From NCBI RefSeq assembly GCF_009914755.1, contig NC_060925.1: DNA of 64,000 nt, one strand, 5' to 3'. The stretch is from the human T2T-CHM13v2.0 reference genome, Homo sapiens. Shown here piece by piece: positions 52,405 through 64,000 of this stretch (positions within the stretch are counted from its first letter, which is position 1; every line of letters starts with the position of its first letter). Under the pieces are notes generated by a model. The model was not told the origin of the DNA. It was given only the letters and a program-made list of their open reading frames with translations, and did no database searches. The position numbers were made by a program, and so were the translations under genes.

Positions 52405-53454
52405 TCACAGAGTTAGGAAACGGCAGAGCTGAGACTTGAGCCTGTATCTAGTCTGTGTCCAAAACCCTCTGTTCCCAACCTCCTCCAAGACCCACAGCTC
52501 CACTCTGTTGTAGTGGGAGAGCGCTCACAGGCCCACAGCACTTCGTGCGGAGGAAAGGATACTTTTGAGACCTAGTTTGCCTGGAAGAAGCTTTGCTCAT
52601 CATGAAAAGCCACTTTCTTTTCTAACTGTTTTCTCTCTCTTGCTTGGAAACATTGTCCAGCCAAAGCTGCTTCTCTGGGTGGCTTCCTCTTTGTGGCTTC
52701 ATTGTTTTATGTGGTGAATGCTGTTGCTACCAGGATGCCCACAGAGTACACTTGGGTCCCCAGCTTTATTTCAGGGCTTCCTGGGGCTGCCAAAAAGTTG
52801 TGCAATTCTTTCAAGGCCCTGGCACCGGGGACTCACACTTGTAAGGCTGATTCATTCTTATGTCAGCTCTGAGACCAGAAAGGACTCTCCAAGGGTAGCC
52901 ACCTAGGTGCATGCTTCATCCCCAGAACCACATGGGCACAGAGTGGTGCAGAAGAAAGAACAGCAGGTTGGAATCAGTCAGTTTACACGTTTGCAGAGTC
53001 CCATAAAAAACAAAACAAAAACAAGAAGGCAAAGTAACCAAACCGCGCAATCCTGAGCAAATAAGTCAGCAGTCCTCCAAGCCTCAGGGTCCTTATTGTA
53101 ACAATAGGAGCAGTCTTGCTAACCTCTGTCCGCTGTTTTCAGCGGCGATGACACCCCCATGAGAATATGCTTCTTGCAAAGGATTTCCTTCATCTCTCCC
53201 CATAAGAAAGGAGGAAACAAGATGAAATGCATGGTGCAAAGCCCAATGCCTATCTGCTGGATGTGAAATGCCTGCATGCTATAAAATCACTCTGGGGTTT
53301 ACCCACGCTCTAACAGTGGTTGTGTGTGTTGACTATTCTCTGTCCTCAGCCAGCCTACCGGAGGCAAAGTATGGTGACTGGAGGACATCTCTGCAGGCAG
53401 AAGCAGCACTGAAGGCACCTGGAATGAAGATGAGTGGAAAACATCTCAGTAAAC

Positions 53455-54060
53455 ACAGCACTATTCATGATAGCCTAGATGTGGAAACAACCTAAGTGCC
53501 CATTGATGAATGAATGGATAAATAAATTGTGATATCTATATATATTACAATATCCCTACAATGGAATACTATTCAGCCTTTAAAAAGGAGATACTGCTAT
53601 TTGCTACAGCATGAATGAACCTGGAGTACTTTATGCTAAAAAGTAAGACAGATACAGAAAGAAAACTACTGCATGATCTCACTTGTATGTGGAATCTAAC
53701 AAAAAGTCTAATACATAGAAACAGAGTAGAACAGTGGTTACCAAGGGTGGGGAGGGGAAAGAAATGGGGAGTTTGTCAGAAGGTACAAAGTTATGTGGGA
53801 AGGATAAATTTAAAAATCCAACATACAGCAGGAGGACTATAGTTAATCATACAGTCTTGTATATTGAAAAGTTGCTAAGAGACTAGATTTTAGGTGCTCT
53901 TACTGAAAACAGGGTAACTAGAGAAGGTAGGGAAGGTGATGAATACGTTAATTTGCTTACCTGCAATAATCGTTTCACTATGTATATCAAAACATCATGT
54001 TGTATACCTTAAATATATACAATAGAAAATAAATAATAAAATAAACACAGATTAAAAAAT
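53455..54060 (+). mobile_element. L1MA-type 3' end
   Basis: GGAAACAACCTAAGTGCCC...ATGGAATACTATTCAGCC...CAAAACATCATGTTGTATACCTTAAATATATACAAT plus A-rich tail. Confidence 0.88.
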
Positions 54061-54689
54061 AAAAACAACTCAAGATACAAATGTACATATGGCTGGCTGT
54101 AGATGTAGTTACTGGCTAAGGCATGGATTCTGAGCCAATCCCTTTGAGTTCAGATCATGGCTCTTCCACTTTCTCACTGTATGTTCTTCAGTGATGGCAT
54201 CTTTTTTAATGGCTTAGGAATTTTTTAAAGTCCTAAATTAGGTAGTTTTAGCTGGTAGATCCGTGGATATGTCTTGTTCTTCTTCTTCACTCTTTGTAAA
54301 TAGGGGATAATAATACCACCTACCCCAGGGTTATTGTGAGATTTAATAAGTAAATATGTACACACAGAGAGAGGCAAAGAAAGACAGAGCAGTTGGAACA
54401 GTCCCTGACAAGCAACTTTAAAGTGTTGGCTATTATTATAAGGGAAGGGCCAGGTAAATGCTGGTGCTTGACACTTATTTACTTAAAAAAGAGAAAAGAA
54501 AAGAAAAGAAACAAGTCATACCCAACATCTACCAGCTTAAACCACCTAATTTAGGGTAAAAAAAAATTCCAGACAATGGAAAAGATGCTGTCTCTTAATT
54601 ATTCAGGGAATGGCTTTTCTCTAGGAAAGGCAATCTGAAATGTGTCCTGGCAAACCAACTCTTCGGCTAAAGACACATGGTGGCTCTTG

Positions 54690-55400
54690 GTTGGGCGTGG
54701 ATTAAAGCGCAGCTCCTCCCGCTTTCCAAACTCAGAAAGGAGGAGGAATGTTAAGTGTGGCTGCATTGTCATTAATTAATTTCTCAAGGGCTGCAGTAAT
54801 CAGGAAGCTCATTAATGTGTTTTAGCCTGCCTTTCATTTAGAGAATGAGTAGGAAATGTAAATGGAGTGCACTTAGAAACCTTAAAAATCGTTCAGTGCT
54901 GTAGTGCGGGGGGAGAAACCATGGTATGTCTCTAAGGAAAAGCAAAAACCCACAAGGGCTTCTTTAATCACATGAAAGAGAAGCAATTCTAACTCAACAG
55001 CAGCAGAGGCTCCCCGTGGCGTTTCAAAATATTATCATTTGGACTTGGTTGTTCCTCTACTCTTGTGCCATGTTTAAAGACGCCACGCTCCATCCATATT
55101 TATACTTCTCCCAGCAGGGAGCATAATTGTGAAGGGCAAATTCCAGGGGCCAGAGCTCCGCGGGGCCATTCCACAGGGTGCTGCCAGGAGCTCCCCTGGG
55201 GTATTCATTAGGAAAGGCGGCGCAGAGGAAATCAGGTCTCCACGGCTCCCCCTAGCGGAGGCTCTGCTGTTGGGCCAGGTTGGGGGCGGGGCACCAGCAG
55301 CTTCTCTAATTCTTCAAGGCCAACCTAGGGCCATACATGTTCTCCTTCATTCTGCTCTTGACCGCCCCGGAGGAGGTGCCTGAAATTGAGCTCATTCCTT
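54690..55400. promoter_or_regulatory. Putative enhancer/insulator: homeodomain-site cluster plus GC-rich segment with a strong reverse CTCF motif
   Basis: GGATTAA, CATTGTCATTAATTAAT and CATTAATG (54700-54820); minus-strand CCGCTAGGGGGAGC (55245-55258); GC box GGGGCGGGG at about 55283. Confidence 0.6.
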
Positions 55401-56009
55401 CTCCTCTGTGAAGTCAGCGTGTTTCAGAGGCCTCCTCTCACAGACGTGGACCAATTCTTCCCTTGCAATTCCTGTTAAATGTATACATAAAGCACTTAGA
55501 ACAGGAGGCAGTGTTCTGTCATTCTCATTGTGATTGTTAGTGCTAGCTAGTGGCAGACAGTGGGCCACCCGGTTTTGGGGGGTGTTTACCCCTCCAGTTT
55601 CCACACGGGGCTTCCTGACAATGATCACTAAACAATTCGTCACACGACCAGCCATAGAATCTTGAGTTGTGACTCAAACCTCCCTCTGTCCTATGTCCAC
55701 ATCCTTATCTTTGGTAGATGCAGGTCTCACTTTTACTCTCCTCTCGATGTGAGAGGGAGGGGCTGGGCCTGAGTCCACATACACCCTCTCTAGTAGGACG
55801 TGCCTCTGGTGGGCATGGACATGAGCCTACAGGAAGCCAAGTTTCTTCTGACCAGAAAAGGGAAGCCAAGTAATCTATGTCTCTCCCTGGGGAGACCAGG
55901 GAACAAATAAGCCACTTAACACTTATCCTGCCCCATCTTACCCCGCCCCCACCTCTCCCAGGGGACCTTGCATACATGACCCTCTCCTATGACCCCAACC
56001 GAACTTTCC

Positions 56010-56540
56010 TCTTCAGTTCAGTTCAACAAACGTCTATTGAACACCATGTGCCAAGCCCTATGCCAGGTGAGGGGATCCAAAATGAATAAGACGTGTTTCC
56101 ATTCTTAAGGAACAGATTAGGGAGTAAGTCAAACCCAGAGGCATTATTCCAACAAATGGGAGTACAGAGGGGGCTGGAACTCAACCTAGGCTTCCTGGAA
56201 AGGAAGGGAGCCTGAGGTTGGCCTTGGCAGACATGTGGCAGGTTCCCCGGGACTGGAGAGTGGTGGGCATAGGACAGCGTGGCAATGTGCCTCCAAGGTG
56301 AGCACGGTACTTGGCACACAGTAGGTGGTCAGCACACGCACTGAGCTGATAGATGGAGCAGGTAGCCAGCAGTCAGTGCTACTGGTGCGTGAACGCTGGC
56401 CTGTGGGGGTTGATGGCGCTGAAGAGGGTCTGAAGCCCGAACCTGAGGAGGGCCTTGAGTGCCAGGCCCTTATCTTATAAGACCTTACCCTACAAGAGTT
56501 TGAAGCAAAAGAGTGACATAGTCAGATTTACATCTTCTTT
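56010..56540 (-). mobile_element. L2 fragments
   Basis: TTCAACAAACGTCTATTGAACACCATGTGCCAAGCCCTATGC...GAGTGACATAGTCAGATTT. Confidence 0.65.
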
Positions 56541-58969
56541 GCTCATTATTCCACTACCCTAAGGAAGCCTCCTGAGAACTTTGAAGAGTTGCCCTCTAAG
56601 ATCACAGTCTCATGTGACTGGTATTGCAAGCAGCTACTCTCCAGCCATATTATAATCGTGGTGCTCCTTCAGCCAACAAATGGGCTAACTAGATAGCTAA
56701 TCTTGAGATACTCGGTCGACAGTTTATAGGGTGAAATGTTCAGTCTCTACCTTAGTTCCTAATCTGTAAACAGACCTTTTGAATTCTATTGAAAAGCTTT
56801 CTCCACAAACCTTTCCTACAAACAAGAGTTTATTCCCACCTCCTGTCCTTAACTGCTACAATGCACTCTTACCATCATGAACACACCTCTGCACATCCAA
56901 GTACCCAGTCCTATTTGTACACTTACGGACCAGTATCATAATATGACATCCTGGATCAACTTCTGAAATGCAATAAGCAACGTGTCACAGCATAGGAAAG
57001 AATCAACTTCAGGCTTGGGCACAAGGTAGGCCAAGGCTGACATTCAAAAGAGGGCTGTCTATTGTAATGTCTAGTTTTAAACCTGGATCATGCCTCACTC
57101 TCTGAGATTTCTGCTACGTTTTAACGATTTTTCTGAAGATTGAATAAAATAATGAGTAAAGTGCTTAAAAATGCCCTACCTATAGTAAGCTCTCAATAAT
57201 ATTGTCTATGTTCATTATGATTAACAGGATAGTTCTGCCAAACGTTCAGGTCATTTATACCTCTGAGGATAGAGAGAAATTTATCTATTGTGAGAAATGA
57301 ATTTGGCAGTTTTTAACGTTAATTACTTTGGTATTGTTCCTTCATGTTTTGTGTTTATATCTTGGCCCCTAATTATACTGTTAGGACTTTGAAGGCAGGG
57401 ATCTTGTTAGATTTGTATTTTTATATCCTTCAAAGAATCTAGCACTATTTCTAGTATGTCATAGATATTCAATAAATAGATCTAGATTGACTCAATGTTA
57501 GAAGGGCTCTATAAGTATTAAAGTGTTAATCACCACAATACTCGGCAAGTGATAATCTGCCCCACAGTCCTTGTCTTTGCTGCCACATCAGGAAAATGGG
57601 CAGACATAGGTTCTTGAGGTGGGTAATGAGCCCAAAGGTCTGTAGACTATACTGTCTGACTGGTTCGCACACCCCAGCTAATCACTGTATCTCTGCTTGC
57701 CACTATACACTGGCTGAGGAAACCTCATGAACTTCTCTGACCTGCAGGCTCCAGGGTCCCAGATGCAGCACCGGTTCCCCAGGCATTTCTTGTGCTAAGG
57801 TGCGTATGACTCCTCCAAAGGTCAGGAGAGGCCCTGGAGAGCTGGCCCCCTTCTTGGGTATCACTTGCAACAAGTTGGGGCAGACTACTTTGGCTTCTTC
57901 CTCCTGGTCAAATAATAGGCCATTCAGTCTTGGGGAGAGAAATGAATCAGCAACCCCAGGGCCATTCCAGTGGCCCTGAAAGCTGCCAGCTGGACAGCCC
58001 ATTTCAAACAACCAATTAATATGAGCACCACAAGTTGATTTGAGCAAATCCAGGCACCTCTCTCTGCAAGTACAAGACGGGCCTGCGTGTCTGCATGGAA
58101 AATGAAGTTGTTTCACCTTCCATGGCATTGTTCCACTCAAAGAAACAAGCTTTATTTATCTCAAAACTTGGCTTCTGTTGACTTGCCAGATGAAAAATGA
58201 TGTGAAGTTACTGAAATCATCTGCTAAGGGAAATGAATCCAAGCACGGTGAAAGATGTTTTGCTGCTTTTTCAAAGCACATCAGTCAGCTTGTCTTACAA
58301 GCACAATATAATTTTCTACCAGGTAAAGACAGTAATTATTTCAATTAGCAATTGAATTAGATGTAGAAGATAATGAGGAATAAAGATGCTGAACTAAGTT
58401 CAATAACTCACCACATATGCTTCTCTTTCTTGTTCTAGCTAAAGTAGCAGTAAACAGAGTGAATTCAGCTGTGGGATGATAGGGGCCTTTCCCCGCAAGT
58501 GGACTGAGTCTCAATTCATCATTCACTGCCTGATGAAGAGGCAGTATAGCAGACATGAGATGCCAACAGTACTCAGCCTATGCTCAGTCCAGCACCATCC
58601 TTGGTGCACAGTGACCCTTGTGGAAAATGGGAAATTATGAAGTTCTATGGTAATTAGTGAAACAATAACTTAAAGATATTTTCAGTTCCACTGCTGAAAT
58701 AAAATAAGGAAATTCCAAGGATCTAGAGTATTTTTATTCAGCATCTTCTGAGACCATTCCTTTGATTTCACTCATGTGCGTTTCTGGAACGGGAAGAAGG
58801 AAAAGAGAAGGGGAGAGAGTGCAAGAGCCAGGGCTTCCTTATTCTGGGAAGACTTTGACCAAACTAGGCTAATACGGCAGAAAGAAACTGACACAGCTGA
58901 TGGTCTTTTTGCACGTTTAGCACATCTGAAGTTTCTGTTTTGATTAGCGCCTCTCCATGTTATCTGAAA

Positions 58970-60750
58970 AGTCTATCACTAAGCAAAAACTGACAGTACT
59001 TCAAGGAGTAATTGACAAATTTGTGATCAGAGTGGGAGCTTTAACATGTCTTTCTTAGTAACTGATAGATCAAACAGCCAAAAAATTCAGTAAAGTTATA
59101 AAGATTTGAACAAGACGATTAACAAGTTTGATATAAAAGACTTATATAGAGCACTGCATTCAACCACTGGGGAATATACATTCTTTTTAAAATCACATAT
59201 TACCTTTGTAAAAACTAATTGTGAATTAGGGCAGAAAGCAAATATCAAATCTCAACAAATTCAAAGAATAAGTATCAAAAGACCACAACACAATTAAGTT
59301 AGAAAAAAGTGAAAATTATAATTAAAAATCTTCATACAATTAGAAATTTAAAACACATCACATAAAAATCCATAGAGACAGAAAGCAGATTGGTGGTTGC
59401 CAGGGGCTGGGAGGAGAGGGGAATTACTGCTTAATGAATAGAGTGTTTTCTTTTGGGGTGATGAAAGTGTGTTGTTACTGGATAGAGGTGGTAGTTACAT
59501 AACATTGTGAATGTACTAAATGCCACTAAAGTGTGAATTGTATACTTTCATACGGTTAGCTTTATGCTATGTAAATTTCACCTCAACAACAAAAAAAAAG
59601 TGCTCATATCTCTGTGTTTTAATTCTTTTTTTTTTTTTTTAGATGGAGTCTCGCTCTGTCACCCAGGCTGGAGTGCAGTGGCACGATCTCGGCTCACTGA
59701 AACCTCCGCCTCCTGGGTTCAAGTGATTCTCCTGCCTCAGCCTCCCGAGTAGCTGGGATTACAGGTGTACACCACCACATCTGGCTAATTTTTGTATTTT
59801 TAGTAGGGACGGGGTTCACCATGTTGGCCAGGCTGGTCTCAAACTCCTGACTTCATGATCCACCTGCCTCGACCTCCCAAAGTGCTGGGATTACAGGCAT
59901 GAGCCACCATGCCTGACCTCTGTGTTTAAATTCTAATGTGTGGATACACAGGTGTGTATAGTTTATGAAAGTTTTTCAAACCATTCACTTATAACACGTA
60001 CACTTTCTGTATTAAATGTGTATATTTACATTTTCTATATTATGCTTCAAATAAAGAGTTTTAAAATGAAAAGAAAACATATTACTTAACTCATGGGTCA
60101 AAAAGAAATTGTGCAGGAAAATATAAAAAGCTAAGAACTGTATGACAACTACACTAAAAATGTGCAGTTTGCAGTGCATTTATTCAGACCAAGGGATGCA
60201 GGTGAGAAATCAGCTGTGGGAGAGGACGGCAATGGGTTCTCTTAAGTATGTATGAATACAAATTTATAGGTTTGAATGTTTATTTGGGAAAAAATGCCAC
60301 TTTAAACATAAAATTAATAAGCTAAGCATCAAACATAAGAAGGTAGAAAGAAAACAAAATTCCCAAAGAAAATAAAAAGAAGGAAATGACAACCTTAAAT
60401 TAGATAATAGATACAATAAGTACAATCAACGAAGCCAAAAATTAACACTTTGAAGAGACTAACTTCTGGAAAGACTGTATAAGGAAACTAAAAAAATATA
60501 TAAAGAGATAAGGCACAAATAATATTAGCAGAGAAAGTAGAATACAAACGGTCAAAAAGATAATAAAAATATAAAATGAAAAACCTTATCCAATAAGTCT
60601 GGAAATGTTCATTAAATGGACAAATTCCTAGAAAAATATAATTTGCCAAAACTGACCAAAAAAGAAATAGAAAGCCTGTATAACCAGCAGTAAAAATCTT
60701 CCCACAAAATAAATCCTAGGCTTAGAGAGTTTTATTTGTGAGTTTTACAA
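58970..60750 (+). mobile_element. Old L1M ORF2 (endonuclease-proximal) fragments with nested L1 3' ends and an Alu
   Basis: ORF LNKTINKFDIKDLYRALHSTTGEYTFF resembles L1 ORF2p; AAATGGACAAATTCCTAGAAAAATATAATTTGCCAAAACTGAC; L1MB-like 3' end at 59365-59600. Confidence 0.8.
59627..59918 (-). mobile_element. AluS (Sg/Sc-like)
   Basis: Full dimer; TSD CTCTGTGTTT(T/A)AATTCT. Confidence 0.92.
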
Positions 60751-61029
60751 GGCGTTTCAATTACAGCTGAAGATTTACCAGTATGTTAAAGAAGCAGGAT
60801 TCATGGGATATAATCCAGAAAGTTATTAGTTTTGTCTCCTATGGCCCCTTTAAATCTTCTCAGTGAAGGCAATCCTTCCCCTGCCATTGGATGAAAACTC
60901 AGGCAAGCCCTATATAAAATAACTATAAAATATTCACTTTTATAGTTGTTCTTGAGTAATAGAAATACCTTTATTCACTTTCAGACACAAACCCAGACTC
61001 AAATTAGTAACTTGACATAAAAAGCCAGG

Positions 61030-61257
61030 CTTTTTTTTTTTTTAATTATGCTTTCAGTTCTGGGATACATGTGCAGAATGTATAGGTTTGTTACATAGGT
61101 ATACATGTGCCATGGTGGTTTGCTGCACCCATCAACCTGTTGTCTACATTAGGTATTTCTCCTAATGCTATCCCTCCCCTAATCCCCCATCCCCAACAGG
61201 CCCCAGTGTGTGATGTTCCCCTTCCTGTGTCCATGTGTTCTCATTGTTCAACTCCTG
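61030..61257 (-). mobile_element. Short L1PA (PA7-like) 3' end insertion
   Basis: GGGATACATGTGCAGAA...GCCATGGTGGTTTGCTGCACCCATCAAC...TCTCATTGTTCAACTCC; TSD AAAAGCCAGGCTTT/AAAACCCAGGCTTT. Confidence 0.9.
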
Positions 61258-61414
61258 AAAACCCAGGCTTTCAATTTAAAAGTTAAGACTTCTCTTCACT
61301 CTACCTTCTTTTCCCCCAGCTAAGGGCTATGGCAGGGAGGCCACCTGTTTGGGGGAAAGACATAAAATCCAATCTCTTCCTTTTTTCTGTCTCACCTTGT
61401 CAATCACCCTCCCC

Positions 61415-62115
61415 TATACTAGTCAGGGGACAGAAAACACACCAGTTATTTGAGAAATAATTTAATATAAAGAATTATTAACTAGATATAAAGCTACTAA
61501 CCAGGTAACAGAAGAGAGAAGAGAATGCTAAGGCGTCATAAGCAATCATTTGAGGAAATGGCTATCATTCCCAGGGCTGAAGAAATAAAAGGAAGAGATT
61601 GGAATTCTTGAAATCTAAAAGCTGAGACAAAGGATCCTGGTGAGCTGAAACCCTGACCCTGAGGAGGGGGAGATGATTGACTGATGGTGGTGTCTCAGCT
61701 CAGAAGAGCAGCCGGGGGAGGCTGGGGCCCGGACTCTGAACAGGGGGCACTGGTCAGCACATAGTCATGTCTCAGGTTAAAGGGGTGAATGTGACAAGTC
61801 TGGTCCTGCAAGTTTGGTAGAAATAGCGAACTGGATCAGCTGCTGCTATGGAAGGAACTACCACCAATGCAGTGAAGGTGCAGTGCTGGAGTGATACTCA
61901 CAAGAACTGTGAGCAGAAAGGAAGTCCAAAGCAAGCAACTGGGAGGAGCACATTCCTTCTGCTCCTCCAGCCTTTGAGTTTCCCTCTAGCACCCCAATTG
62001 GCAGAGCCCAACAGGGAATAGCTGGCAAAGCAGAAAAATGATTTCCAGGGTTCCTGTCCAAGCACCAAAAAGCAGGGAATAAAAGGGTGGAATGAGCTGA
62101 AAGACAATTAATAAC
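61415..62115 (-). mobile_element. Ancient ERV(L)-class LTR, family uncertain (LTR33/41/78/79-like)
   Basis: TACTAGTCAGG...ACACCAGTTATTTGA...AATTTAATATAAAGAATT and CCCTCTAGCACCCCAATTGGCAGAGCC...AGCTGGCAAAG. Confidence 0.55.
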
Positions 62116-62949
62116 TCATACATCCCCCATCCATTTACTGCTGTTTCTGATCCTCTTCAGGTCTGGGAGATGGGGAAGGAAGACAGGCAGAAAGTCCTTA
62201 CTTAACTGGTATCAGCAAGGTATTTGAAGCTGATTCTTTCTCTTATGGAATGCTTTCATGTGTACTTTGGAGAACCTATTTTCTTACCCTATCACTGCTG
62301 ATTTCCTTTGATCTGAATGAATGCACAGTGTTCTGGAAGTTGCTCACTTACTACCCCTTACTGCCAAGGAAAGCAGTATCCACCTCTAGCTCATGCTGTA
62401 ATGAAACCTGTTCACCTCTCCAATTGACCTGACTCTGAGTTCATCTATGATGACCCAATTCCCAGCTCTTTTGTGTATACCTAGCCAAGGAAACCATCGT
62501 ACTGCTTTGTCCAGGCAAACTGGGGGATTACGAGCTGATTCAAGCCCAGCAGCATCTTTCATTCAATCCACCACCAAACCACTTAGCCTATCCTTTTCTT
62601 GCCTTCTGTGTTCTAGATGGGAGCTGGACACAAGTCTGCTGACCTGCCTAGGTGGAGAGGACGCATATGGAGCTTTCCACAGGGAAAACTTGAATCCCTT
62701 CTCAGTTGGCTCAGTTCATACTAGCAATGTTTTCCAAAGAAATCCTCTTCAAATCTCCATTAAACTCCCCTTTCTAGTCATTTATTTGCTTGAGAGGGCA
62801 AGGAGTTGTTAGTGTGAAGGAATGATTCCTGGATATTTCCTTTGGAAAGGCAATCTTGGTCTAACATTTCACTTTGAAAGTTTATATTTTTTGAATCTTG
62901 GTGCTTCAATTGAAACTTAATTTAACATCCTTTTTCACCATTCTTAAAT

Positions 62950-64000
<1,051 letters not shown>

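Overview
Primate (very likely human) euchromatic non-coding DNA, either intergenic or deep intronic. I find no credible protein-coding exon, tRNA, rRNA or CRISPR array; the supplied ORFs come from decayed L1, Alus, simple repeats or chance. Much of the window is transposon relics: a 5'-truncated antisense L1PA (1-5 kb), about 18 Alu segments (mostly minus strand), old L1M/HAL1-like pieces, MaLR/ERVL LTRs, L2/MIR/L3 and DNA transposons (MER53, MER5, MER2, MER58, MER1A, MER30), often nested with visible target-site duplications (TSDs). Between them lie repeat-poor, motif-rich blocks that look like cis-regulatory elements: a CpG-retaining block at 26.2-27.35 kb with an RFX X-box, a TATA/MEF2 plus splice-acceptor plus CTCF block at 31.7-32.1 kb, and strong CTCF motifs at 45.1 and 55.2 kb. 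There is also a ~280-bp G-run repeat at 29.1-29.4 kb. I cannot support a new biological system from the sequence alone. The best leads are the putative enhancer/CTCF landscape and several local rearrangement fossils (an Alu-to-Alu templated copy, a duplicated MLT1D, a tail-less Alu with TSDs, an ORF1-only L1). Subfamily calls are from recalled consensus features, not a RepeatMasker run; boundaries of old elements are approximate, and I could not identify the genomic locus.
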